A DNA stretch of 27,526 nt from positions 1-27,526 of the forward strand of contig JBNJHJ010000001.1 in NCBI GenBank assembly GCA_051748365.1, written 5' to 3'. The translations under genes and the position numbers were made by a program. The stretch comes from Campylobacterota bacterium (GTDB lineage: Bacteria; Campylobacterota; Campylobacteria; Campylobacterales; Sulfurovaceae). A model generated the notes under the pieces. That model was not told the DNA's origin. It did no database searches and saw only the letters and a program-made list of their open reading frames with translations. Positions 18,350 through 26,644 of this stretch are shown piece by piece. How positions within the stretch are numbered: the first letter of the stretch is position 1; the number at the start of each line of letters is the position of its first letter.

Positions 18350-19684
18350 TTACTTAACGAAATACTCTCCCGTAAAGCTGACAAGGGAGTAGTTTCTTTC
18401 CTTTCCTAAACTTTCTACTAGCCCCTCAACTGACAAAAACCCTAAACTATCAGCTTGTACCTTTTGACATATTCCATCTAGCGACATGTTTGCACTAATG
18501 AGTTCTTCATAACTTGGTGTATCGATCCCGTAGCGGCACGGATGCTTTATTTGAGGCGACGCTAAGCGCATATGCACCTCTTTTGCCCCTACTTCTTTTA
18601 GCATCTTTACTATCTGATTTGCCGTAGTACCACGCACTAAACTATCATCAACTATCGCGACTTTTTTTCCTTGAATCAGATTTTTAATAGGAGAGAGCTT
18701 TAGCTTTACTTTTAGATCTCTTATCTCTTGAGTGGGTTCGATAAATGTTCTGCCGACATAGTGGTTTCGTACAATCCCCATCTCAAACGGAACTCCTAAT
18801 CCTTTTGCATATCCTTTTGCAGCAGCAACACCGCTATCGGGAACAGGAAGTACTAAATCCACATCACAAGGTTGCTCCTTAGCAAGCATCTCTCCCATCT
18901 TAAGGCGTGTTTCATAAACGTTTTTGCCGTCAATTATACTATCGGGACGCGCAAAATAGATATATTCAAAAGCACAGGGTCTGAAGTCGGGTTCAAAGAG
19001 TTGGATACTTGTAGGTTCTTGCCCCTTTTCAAACACTAACATTTCCCCGGGTCTTACATCACGGATAAATTCAGCACCCACTAGATCAAGTGCACAGGTT
19101 TCACTTGCAACCATGTAACCGCCATCAGCTAGTCTGCCTAGTGAAAGTGGACGGATTCCGTGGCGATCTCGTATCACAAACATCTTGCTTCTACTTTGAA
19201 TAAGCAGGTTATAAGCCCCTACAATTTTGTGCATCGCTTCTGTGATTCTATCTTGTAAGCTATCTTTACTGCTTTTTGCAATGAGGTGAATAATATTTTC
19301 CGTGTCCATAAAGGTTTGAAAGATAGCACCCTTTTCAATCAGATCATCACGTACCTCTTGCTTGTTGACAAGATTCCCGTTGTGAACAATAGATATTTCA
19401 CCCAAGCTGTATCTAGCAAATACAGGCTGTGCATCTAAGATCGAGTCGTTTCCTGCAGTTGAATAGCGGTTATGCCCTACTGCCATATCACCGCGCAGCA
19501 CATCAAAGGCTTTTTCATCAAACACATCTGTTACTAACCCTTTTCCCTTAATGGTGTGAAGCTTTTCATTTTCACTTGTCGTAATTCCCGTGGCTTCTTG
19601 CCCGCGGTGTTGCATCGCAAATAGCCCGTAATACGCTACTTTACTTGCATTTTTTGAGTCAAATACTCCTACTACTGCACACAT
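18350..19684 (-). CDS. purF: Amidophosphoribosyltransferase
   Basis: N-terminal Cys2 nucleophile, QHRGQE, GHNRYST, HNGNL, VPVPDSG-like VLPVPDSG and PRPP loop IVDDSLVRGTT. Confidence 0.98.
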   Translation of the reverse strand: MCAVVGVFDSKNASKVAYYGLFAMQHRGQEATGITTSENEKLHTIKGKGLVTDVFDEKAFDVLRGDMAVGHNRYSTAGNDSILDAQPVFARYSLGEISIVHNGNLVNKQEVRDDLIEKGAIFQTFMDTENIIHLIAKSSKDSLQDRITEAMHKIVGAYNLLIQSRSKMFVIRDRHGIRPLSLGRLADGGYMVASETCALDLVGAEFIRDVRPGEMLVFEKGQEPTSIQLFEPDFRPCAFEYIYFARPDSIIDGKNVYETRLKMGEMLAKEQPCDVDLVLPVPDSGVAAAKGYAKGLGVPFEMGIVRNHYVGRTFIEPTQEIRDLKVKLKLSPIKNLIQGKKVAIVDDSLVRGTTANQIVKMLKEVGAKEVHMRLASPQIKHPCRYGIDTPSYEELISANMSLDGICQKVQADSLGFLSVEGLVESLGKERNYSLVSFTGEYFVK

Positions 19685-19687
19685 CTA

Positions 19688-20458
19688 TTATATTCCTAAA
19701 CAATCATTCATACTATATAAAGCAGGTTCTTTTCCTACAATCCATTTTGCTACCGTAATAGCTCCTTTAGCAAAAGTATCTCTACTTGTTGCAGTATGGC
19801 TAAGTTCTATAAACTCACCGTCATTGTAAAACCCTACAGTATGTTTGCCCACAATGTCACCGCCTCGAAGGCTCATCACTGCAATCTCATCACTGCTTCG
19901 CTCTCCGATATGCCCGCTTCGACCGCTTACACGCACATCATCAAGATTGAGGTCTCTTCCCTTTGCGGCATGTTCTGCTAGAGTGAGTGCCGTTCCGCTT
20001 GGTGCATCTACTTTATGTTTGTGGTGCATCTCCACAATCTCAATGTCAAATTCGTTGAGTTTTTTTGATACATCTTGTACGAGGTGTTTTAAAAGCGCAA
20101 TGCCTAAACTCATGTTCGTTGCATACAGTACAGGCATCTTATTAGCAGCCTCTTTTACGAGGTTTAGCTGATGTTCATTCAACCCCGTAGTGGCGATAAC
20201 AAGCGGTTTATTGATCTTTTCAATAGCTATTTCAAGCATCTTTTCTGTTGCTTGGGGAAGTGAAAAGTCTACGACTACATCACATGATTCAAGCATCGTC
20301 TCAATATCGTTTGTTACCAGCGCCGACCCCGGAACTGAAAAATCTAGTTCGTTTCTTACAAAGATTGAACCGATCGCAATCTCATCCTCATTTGCCAAAA
20401 GCTCTACGATGCGTCTTCCAACACGCCCCGTAGCACCAAATACTCCAACTTTTATCAT
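19688..20458 (-). CDS. dapB: 4-hydroxy-tetrahydrodipicolinate reductase
   Basis: GATGRVG, DFS, ATTG, EMHHKHKVDAPSGTA and FAKGA motifs. Confidence 0.98.
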   Translation of the reverse strand: MIKVGVFGATGRVGRRIVELLANEDEIAIGSIFVRNELDFSVPGSALVTNDIETMLESCDVVVDFSLPQATEKMLEIAIEKINKPLVIATTGLNEHQLNLVKEAANKMPVLYATNMSLGIALLKHLVQDVSKKLNEFDIEIVEMHHKHKVDAPSGTALTLAEHAAKGRDLNLDDVRVSGRSGHIGERSSDEIAVMSLRGGDIVGKHTVGFYNDGEFIELSHTATSRDTFAKGAITVAKWIVGKEPALYSMNDCLGI

Positions 20459-20461
20459 CGT

Positions 20462-21385
20462 TTAATGTCCTTCTACATAACTAATTGCGCTCATCGCTGC
20501 GGTTGCACCGTCACCTGCAGCACACACTACCTGCTTTGCAGCATCTGCTCTAATATCGCCTGCAGCAAACAATCCCTCTAGTGAAGTTTGCATCTTCAGA
20601 TCCACCGCAATTTCTCCTCTGTCGTTGAGTTTACAGATATGTTGCTGCCCGTTTTCTAATACTTGTGTATTGACGTTGTATCCGACAAATATAAAGATAC
20701 CAAGAGCCGGGATATCTTTGAGCCCCGTACTTGTTTTTACCTTGACACCATCTACACCCATCGCGCCGCCATAGATCTCATCAACATTGGCATTGGTAAG
20801 GACCTCTATCTTTTCATTCTCATCGATTCTTTTGATGGTTGTAGGACTTGCTCTAAACTCATCCCTTCTGTGCACTAAAGTTACCTTTGAACAGATTTTG
20901 GCAAGATATAGCGCTTCTTCCAATGCCGTATCACCACCGCCTACAACAACAACTTCTTTTCCTTTGTAAAAAAATCCATCACATGTCGCACAGTAGCTTA
21001 CGCCTTTGCCGCTAAATTCTTCTTCACCGTTTAATCCCGCTTTTCTTGGTGTTGAGCCTGTGCAAACGATAACACTTTTTGCCTCTACACTCTCTTTTCC
21101 TAAATCTAGAATAAATTTATTGTCCTCTTTACGAACACTTTGTACCTCTAGCATCTCATGCTTTAATCCAAAGCGTTGGCATTGTGCAGGCCAGTTTTCC
21201 ATAAGATCGATCCCCGATACGATTTCAGAAACGCCCGGGTAGTTTTCAACCTCGCTACTTTGCGTTATCTGCCCGCCGGGCATACCCTTTTCAAACATTA
21301 CTACATTCTCTAACCCGCCTCTTGTTGCGTACATCCCTGCAGTCAATCCTGCCGGTCCACCGCCGATAATTGCTAAATCTAACAT
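20462..21385 (-). CDS. trxB: Thioredoxin-disulfide reductase
   Basis: [14 protein letters not shown] active site, [12 protein letters not shown] and FAAGD. Start revised to the ATG at 21385, which has SD AGGAG. Confidence 0.98.
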   Translation of the reverse strand: MLDLAIIGGGPAGLTAGMYATRGGLENVVMFEKGMPGGQITQSSEVENYPGVSEIVSGIDLMENWPAQCQRFGLKHEMLEVQSVRKEDNKFILDLGKESVEAKSVIVCTGSTPRKAGLNGEEEFSGKGVSYCATCDGFFYKGKEVVVVGGGDTALEEALYLAKICSKVTLVHRRDEFRASPTTIKRIDENEKIEVLTNANVDEIYGGAMGVDGVKVKTSTGLKDIPALGIFIFVGYNVNTQVLENGQQHICKLNDRGEIAVDLKMQTSLEGLFAAGDIRADAAKQVVCAAGDGATAAMSAISYVEGH

Positions 21386-21401
21386 AAAATCTCCTATCTC
21401 A

Positions 21402-21857
21402 TTAAAAAGTATGTACTTGGCTATCTTGCTTATAAAGATTGCTATCGTTATGTTTTTTGATAATAAAAAACGAGGGAACTTCTCTAACGGCAAATCTATG
21501 TATTACATTAAGCATAGTATTAGTACCTGCAGTTAAATAAGTGACTCCCTCTTTTTGCATACGCTTATCAAGGTAAAGATCAAGCGCGATAATCGGAATA
21601 TCTAGTTCAATCTGTTCTATTAAGTTATCGATATTGCCCATTTTTGAACTGTAGAGTATAACCCCGTATTGTTCATGCTTTGGTGTAAAAAGTGCTTTAT
21701 TTGAGTAAAAGGACCATTTTTCAAAATCGATAAACTTATATTGAGAAAATTTATAATTGTAATAGCCAAAAGCGATACCTATCATCAAGGCACCGAAAAA
21801 TGATGTAAATAAAAGGGAGTAAGAGAAGTTTTTCCTTCTCCCTCCATAATTTAACAC
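21402..21857 (-). CDS. Hypothetical membrane-anchored protein with thioredoxin-fold-like features and no Cys
   Basis: One N-terminal TM segment; [13 protein letters not shown] resembles the Trx cis-Pro loop. It fills the gap between trxA and trxB. GTG start with a weak SD, so the start is uncertain. Confidence 0.7.
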   Translation of the reverse strand: MLNYGGRRKNFSYSLLFTSFFGALMIGIAFGYYNYKFSQYKFIDFEKWSFYSNKALFTPKHEQYGVILYSSKMGNIDNLIEQIELDIPIIALDLYLDKRMQKEGVTYLTAGTNTMLNVIHRFAVREVPSFFIIKKHNDSNLYKQDSQVHTF

Positions 21858-21863
21858 TTTTAT

Positions 21864-22184
21864 TTAGCCGATAATTGAATCAAGTTTTTCAGCTAGTGCT
21901 TGTTTTGAAGATGCACCGACCATCTGATCAGCTACTTCACCGTCTTTTAAAAATACGATTGTCGGAATACTTCTTACACCGAATTTAACGGCAAGTTCTT
22001 GTTCTTCATCCGTGTTTACTTTACAGATTTTTGCTTTCCCGTCATAATCACTTGCTAACTCTTCAATTACAGGTGAAAGCATTCTACAAGGTCCGCACCA
22101 TGGAGCCCAGAAATCTACCAATGTTACACCCTCTTTTGTAGTGTCTTCAAAGTTTGCTGCTGTTAAATCTATATATTTTGCCAT
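21864..22184 (-). CDS. trxA: Thioredoxin
   Basis: DFWAPWCGPC and VRSIPT motifs. Start set to the second ATG (22184), 6 nt from SD AAAGGA. Confidence 0.98.
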   Translation of the reverse strand: MAKYIDLTAANFEDTTKEGVTLVDFWAPWCGPCRMLSPVIEELASDYDGKAKICKVNTDEEQELAVKFGVRSIPTIVFLKDGEVADQMVGASSKQALAEKLDSIIG

Positions 22185-22213
22185 GTTCATTCCTTTTGTT
22201 TTAGATGTTCCAA

Positions 22214-22219
22214 ATTATA
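22214..22219 (-). promoter_or_regulatory. -10 box (TATAAT) for the trxA operon
   Basis: Perfect TATAAT on the minus strand about 30 nt upstream of trxA, with TTTAAG-type AT-rich upstream sequence. Confidence 0.65.
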
Positions 22220-22289
22220 CATACTATAAACTTAAAACTAACATAAAACACAAAATCATTTAAGACTAAATTACTCTTAAAGATTTTTG

Positions 22290-22298
22290 TGTTAAAAT
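22290..22298 (+). promoter_or_regulatory. Extended -10 (TGtTAAAAT) for the ferredoxin-panD operon
   Basis: TGnTAAAAT about 30 nt upstream of the ATG, followed by SD AAAGGA. Confidence 0.6.
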
Positions 22299-22327
22299 CT
22301 AGCTTACATTTTAAAAAAGGATAGATT

Positions 22328-22699
22328 ATGATGAACGATAATATACCACAACCGGCATTTTTTATGTTTAAGTGTCAACAATCAGCTCCTCCGGGGATGC
22401 CAAAACCAAGCTGTGTCACTGCGCAAACACAAGAGTTGTTTCAATATATGGCAAGTCAACTTATGGAAAAAGGGATCGTACAAACGGTACAACCGGTACA
22501 AACAAGTTGCTTAAACCGATGTTCTTTAGGACCTGTTATGCTTATAGAACCCGGTCACCATATGTATGTAAATTTAGATAAAGAAAAAATAGATACAATT
22601 ATAGACAAACATATTATAGGCGGAGAACCTGTAAAAGAGTACATCATTGATGATAATCTTTGGGCAGAACCGTTGCAACCAAAAGATTTAGCAAGATAA
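22328..22699 (+). CDS. Thioredoxin-like [2Fe-2S] ferredoxin
   Basis: Cys16, Cys29, Cys61 and Cys65 (C-x12-C-x31-C-x3-C), GPVMLIEP and I..HII.GEPV. Confidence 0.88.
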   Translation: MMNDNIPQPAFFMFKCQQSAPPGMPKPSCVTAQTQELFQYMASQLMEKGIVQTVQPVQTSCLNRCSLGPVMLIEPGHHMYVNLDKEKIDTIIDKHIIGGEPVKEYIIDDNLWAEPLQPKDLAR

Positions 22700-22714
22700 A
22701 GTAGGGGAAAAGAT

Positions 22715-23101
22715 ATGACAATTGAGATGCTATATAGCAAAATTCACCGCGCAACTGTTACAGATGCAAACTTAAACTATGTTGGATCAATCACAATTGA
22801 CGAGGAGTTGCTTGAAGCATCGAAACTTCGAGTCGGGCAAAAAGTTGAGATTGTCAATATCAATAACGGAGAGCGCTTTAGCACCTATACCATAAGGGGA
22901 GAAAGAGGCAACAGAGATATATGCCTCAACGGAGCTGCCGCAAGAAAAGTACAACCCGGTGATAAGATCATTATCATCGCGTATGCAACCTATAGTGAAG
23001 CACAGTTGCAAGAGTATAAACCTACAATCGTTTTGATTGGAGAAGACAACGAGATCGATGAAATAACAGATATCTTAGAAGGCGGTGAATACGATGTTTG
23101 A
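22715..23101 (+). CDS. panD: Aspartate 1-decarboxylase
   Basis: [17 protein letters not shown] (G-S self-cleavage site) and LNGAAAR motifs. Confidence 0.98.
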   Translation: MTIEMLYSKIHRATVTDANLNYVGSITIDEELLEASKLRVGQKVEIVNINNGERFSTYTIRGERGNRDICLNGAAARKVQPGDKIIIIAYATYSEAQLQEYKPTIVLIGEDNEIDEITDILEGGEYDV

Positions 23102-23402
23102 TAACCTAGGTGATATGAGCAAAATGTTTGAGCAGTTACAATCTAAAGTCAGTGAGATGGAAGCGCAGCAAGAAAACGTCACACTCAGCGCTAAAAGCGG
23201 CGGCGGTATGGTTGAGGTTAAAGCAAACGGTAAGGGCGAAGTCATCGATATCGATATCGATGATTCACTCTTAGAAGATAAAGAATCGTTACAGATTTTA
23301 TTAATTAGTGCTATCAATGATATTAACAAATCGGTAGAAGAGAATAAAAAAAGTCAGGCTATGAGCATGATGGGTGGGGCAAATCCATTTACACAAGGTT
23401 AA
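23094..23402 (+). CDS. ybaB: YbaB/EbfC family nucleoid-associated protein
   Basis: [15 protein letters not shown] and LLISAIND motifs. Start ATG 23094 follows the SD-like GGTGA; overlaps the panD stop. Confidence 0.92.
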   Translation: MFDNLGDMSKMFEQLQSKVSEMEAQQENVTLSAKSGGGMVEVKANGKGEVIDIDIDDSLLEDKESLQILLISAINDINKSVEENKKSQAMSMMGGANPFTQG

Positions 23403-23405
23403 AAT

Positions 23406-23876
23406 TTGAGCGTAATAGCAGCAATAAACAGTAAAGATGAACTGCAAGTACAAGCACTATTAAAGCAAAATGTTTCCCTTTGCGAGACTGATGAAGATGG
23501 CAATAGTGCTTTTTTATTAGCCATAAAAAACGGTCTAAGCTTAGAGTTGATAGAACTATTTATCCAAAAAGGAGTTGATCCTTTTGAGCTGAGTGATCAA
23601 GGTGTAGGAGCTATTGATATTGCGATAGAAGCACAGCGTCTTGATGTCGTAAAGTACCTCCACGCTTTGGGATTAGATCTTAATGAAACAAAACGTGAAA
23701 GTAAGATGACACCGCTAATGGTTGCAGCGTGTTATAACCGTGTAGATATTGCTAAATATTTAATCTTAAACGATGTTGATTTGCAAAAGGTTGACAGCAA
23801 TGGATTAAGCGCTCACGATTATGCACGAAAACTGGGTCAAGCGGCGATGGTCGAGTTTTTGAGCCAAGCTACTTAG
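23406..23876 (+). CDS. Ankyrin repeat protein
   Basis: TTG start; repeats DEDGNSAFLLAI, QGVGAIDIAI, TPLMVAAC and NGLSAHDYA. Confidence 0.88.
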   Translation: MSVIAAINSKDELQVQALLKQNVSLCETDEDGNSAFLLAIKNGLSLELIELFIQKGVDPFELSDQGVGAIDIAIEAQRLDVVKYLHALGLDLNETKRESKMTPLMVAACYNRVDIAKYLILNDVDLQKVDSNGLSAHDYARKLGQAAMVEFLSQAT

Positions 23877-24843
23877 CAAACTGCTGTAAGTTTAAAAATG
23901 TGGCAACAAGCAGCGCTTCACGCTGCAAGGCGTCACTTTTTTTCAACTCTATTTCCGCTTCACAAAGGCGTGAAAGGAGTTGTTCATACTCTAAAATTTT
24001 CAATTTTTGGGCATATGATGCTTTTTTCTCTTCAACAAATTTAGGGAGTTTATACCCTATGATCTCTTTTGAATCTACAAATCCCTTAAGCGCGATAAAG
24101 CAGCGAAACATAAACAGCTGCTGGAAAAAATACTGCGCTTGACGCAGTATTTTGTAAGAGTCATCTCCGGATTCTAAAAGCTGCATGATATGTTCTAAAA
24201 TCGGCTTTTTATCCATTAAGTCATAAAAAAGATTTTCGATTTTCACTGCACTTGTAGCGTAGACAAGATTATCTATCTCTTTGTGATCTATCTCTCCATC
24301 GACAATAGCAAGCTTATGCAACTCATTCATGGCTAAGGCTAAGTCGTAATTTAAGATGCTGTAGAGGTGTTCTAGGGAGCTTTTTGTAATCTGCATCTTT
24401 AAAGAGTCGGCTTTTTGGGTAAGTTCTGCAACCGCCACATGTGGCTTAGGATCAAAAAAGCGAACCTCTGCTGCACTGTTTTTTTGTGTAAATAGCGAAG
24501 TTAACGCGCTTTTTTTTGGGTTATAAATTGCATAGATGAAGTAACTATTGTCATTTTTTTGGCAGATATGAAGGAGTTGTTTGAGCTGCTCTTTGGCAAG
24601 ATTTTTTTCACTTTTATAGACAACAGCAGTTATATCTCCAAAGAGAGAACCTTGAGAGAGTGCGTCTTTTGCAGCAGTAAAATCAAAATCCTCATAAAAA
24701 AATGTTTGGACATTTGTTGCAGCTATTTTTTCCGTTGTAAGATCGATATATTTATCGATATAGTAATTCACTTCACCGTAAAACATTACTGATTTTGGAA
24801 GTTTTTTCGTGTGTAAAAGAGTGTCGTATTGATTTTGATACAT
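23869..24843 (-). CDS. holA: DNA polymerase III subunit delta
   Basis: FYGE, SQGSLFGD, ELHKLAI and GYKLPKFV motifs. Start revised to the ATG at 24843 (SD AGGT). Confidence 0.88.
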   Translation of the reverse strand: MYQNQYDTLLHTKKLPKSVMFYGEVNYYIDKYIDLTTEKIAATNVQTFFYEDFDFTAAKDALSQGSLFGDITAVVYKSEKNLAKEQLKQLLHICQKNDNSYFIYAIYNPKKSALTSLFTQKNSAAEVRFFDPKPHVAVAELTQKADSLKMQITKSSLEHLYSILNYDLALAMNELHKLAIVDGEIDHKEIDNLVYATSAVKIENLFYDLMDKKPILEHIMQLLESGDDSYKILRQAQYFFQQLFMFRCFIALKGFVDSKEIIGYKLPKFVEEKKASYAQKLKILEYEQLLSRLCEAEIELKKSDALQREALLVATFLNLQQFAK

Positions 24844-24847
24844 TATT

Positions 24848-25393
24848 TTACCTACAAGAAAGTTTTGGATCGACAATCATCGCATTTTGAAAATGCGGCG
24901 GGTAGCGAAAGCGGACGATAAAATCGGTATATTGTCCGGGGTCTAAGTGCGTAGCGACAACCTTGTCAATCTCAATGACATTTTCTTTTGTCTCTTTATC
25001 TTTTGAAAAACTTAACCCCGATTGCGGCGTAAAGACATTGGATCCTGAAAGTGATGTTCCGCGTCCTAATGCATTGTTTACAACCCGTATAGTGACGGTA
25101 CAGCGGTTAAGGTGAAACTGACCCGTATTTTGTACCTGTCCCTGGATAATCATCTCTTCGCTATTGAGTAATCTAGAGTTAGTCACATTAAAGATCTGCG
25201 CTTTTTTTGTGTATTTTTCAAGTACAAATATAGTAAGTGTAAAGCCCATGATGATCACTAACGTTGATGCAAACATCATAGAATAAAACAGTTTACTGTT
25301 TTTTGTTTCTTTTTTTGAAAGATAGATCAAAAGTGCGTATAAGAGTATAAAAAAGATCAATGCTAACCAGTGTAAAATGGTAAAATATATCAT
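24848..25393 (-). CDS. DUF2393-like membrane protein (2 TM plus extracytoplasmic beta domain)
   Basis: Two N-terminal TM helices, G.VQNTG...L..CT and C-terminal LSCR. Start 25393 gives an ATGA overlap with the upstream paralog. Confidence 0.65.
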   Translation of the reverse strand: MIYFTILHWLALIFFILLYALLIYLSKKETKNSKLFYSMMFASTLVIIMGFTLTIFVLEKYTKKAQIFNVTNSRLLNSEEMIIQGQVQNTGQFHLNRCTVTIRVVNNALGRGTSLSGSNVFTPQSGLSFSKDKETKENVIEIDKVVATHLDPGQYTDFIVRFRYPPHFQNAMIVDPKLSCR

Positions 25394-25920
25394 GGGTAAC
25401 ATGCTCCTTTTGTCTGTATTGAAAATGGATCTTCATATTCAAATTCGTCAATTATATGATTAAATGTAACGTTTTGTGCGATCTGTATCTTCTTGTCAAT
25501 TGTGTGTGAAGATACAGCGATAGGTTGTAAACTCTGTATAAAATCTAAAAATCGATTCTCATGCGGTACATATACTTTAAAAGTAACCTTACAGTGTGAA
25601 AAGTCTATTTTGGCTTTGTTTGTGAGTGAAGCATCTATCACCAAAGAGTTGCTGTACACGAGCTTTTGTGATTTTGTGATCTCAATTTCATGCGCTCTTG
25701 CTATCTTATCAAAAAGATACTTTACACCAAAAGGTCCTGCCACAAGTAGTATAAAGGCAACAGTTGCAAAAAATAGTGCAAATCCCGCCTTCGCACGAAG
25801 AAGTAGAGCAAGAATGACACAAAGGATAAATAGCAATCCTAAAATTGCAAATCCAAGATAATCATAAATCGTTAATGCTTGCGCAAAATCATTAAAATAT
25901 TGCGTTAACTTTTCTTGCAT
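25390..25920 (-). CDS. DUF2393-like membrane protein (paralog)
   Basis: Two N-terminal TM helices, LTNKAKIDFSHCKV and C-terminal GACYP. Confidence 0.65.
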   Translation of the reverse strand: MQEKLTQYFNDFAQALTIYDYLGFAILGLLFILCVILALLLRAKAGFALFFATVAFILLVAGPFGVKYLFDKIARAHEIEITKSQKLVYSNSLVIDASLTNKAKIDFSHCKVTFKVYVPHENRFLDFIQSLQPIAVSSHTIDKKIQIAQNVTFNHIIDEFEYEDPFSIQTKGACYP

Positions 25921-25929
25921 CCCTATCCT

Positions 25930-26598
25930 TTATTTTTCTTTGCGACTCTCCTTTTCGGCAATGCCGCTTATCCCAAAGCGTCTTTTGAGTTCACTTTTGA
26001 CTCTATCGGGGTTGATCTGTTTGTATCCAAGAGCAACCAGACAGTGATAGACTAAATCGGCAGTTTCATAGATTATTTCATCTTCATTACCGTCTTTTAC
26101 GGCAAAACAGAGCTCACCTGCTTCTTCAACTATCTTTTTAAGGATCGTATTTTCACCCCTGTTGATAAGTTGCGCAGTGTAAGATTGTTTGGGATCGCCG
26201 TCTTTTTTATCTAAAATAGTGTGATACAGCGTATCGATAACAGAGTAGATGGCTGCCGTATCAACCTCTTTTTGCTCTACCTTACCGCTTGTAACATCGG
26301 TAAAAAAACAGCTCTTTGCACCCGTATGGCACGCAACACCGTTTTGTTTTACAAGCATAAGCACGCTATCTTGGTCACAATCTATTTTGAGCTTTTCTAT
26401 CTGCTGGGTGTGACCGCTGCTTTCTCCCTTTTTCCACAATCTTTTTTTACTGCGTGAATAGTAGTGTGCAAAGCCCGTTTGTAGTGAAAGTTCATACGCT
26501 TGTTTATCTTGGTACGCTAGCATCAAAACCTCATTTGTTTGACTATCTTGAACAATAGCGGGAACTAAGGGGGTTTTGTTCCAATCAATCGATTTCAT
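25930..26598 (-). CDS. hisIE: Bifunctional phosphoribosyl-AMP cyclohydrolase / phosphoribosyl-ATP diphosphatase
   Basis: YSRSKKRLWKKGESSG, DCDQD, ACHTG..SCF, KKIVEEAGE and YETADLVYH motifs. Confidence 0.97.
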   Translation of the reverse strand: MKSIDWNKTPLVPAIVQDSQTNEVLMLAYQDKQAYELSLQTGFAHYYSRSKKRLWKKGESSGHTQQIEKLKIDCDQDSVLMLVKQNGVACHTGAKSCFFTDVTSGKVEQKEVDTAAIYSVIDTLYHTILDKKDGDPKQSYTAQLINRGENTILKKIVEEAGELCFAVKDGNEDEIIYETADLVYHCLVALGYKQINPDRVKSELKRRFGISGIAEKESRKEK

Positions 26599-26613
26599 CT
26601 CTTGCCTTTGGTA

Positions 26614-26642
26614 CTTTTAGCAGCGCAGATCGCTGCTAAAAG
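26614..26642. repeat. Perfect 12-bp inverted repeat between the SPFH gene and hisIE
   Basis: CTTTTAGCAGCG (26614-26625), 5-nt loop, CGCTGCTAAAAG (26631-26642). Confidence 0.85.
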
Positions 26643-26644
26643 GG

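Noticed and set aside
21386-21493. 36-aa N-terminal extension of TrxB in the ORF track
   Set aside because: It overlaps the upstream gene, and the ATG at 21385 has a good SD and matches the normal TrxB start.
24844-24876. N-terminal extension of HolA in the ORF track
   Set aside because: It overlaps the upstream gene's end; the ATG at 24843 has an SD.
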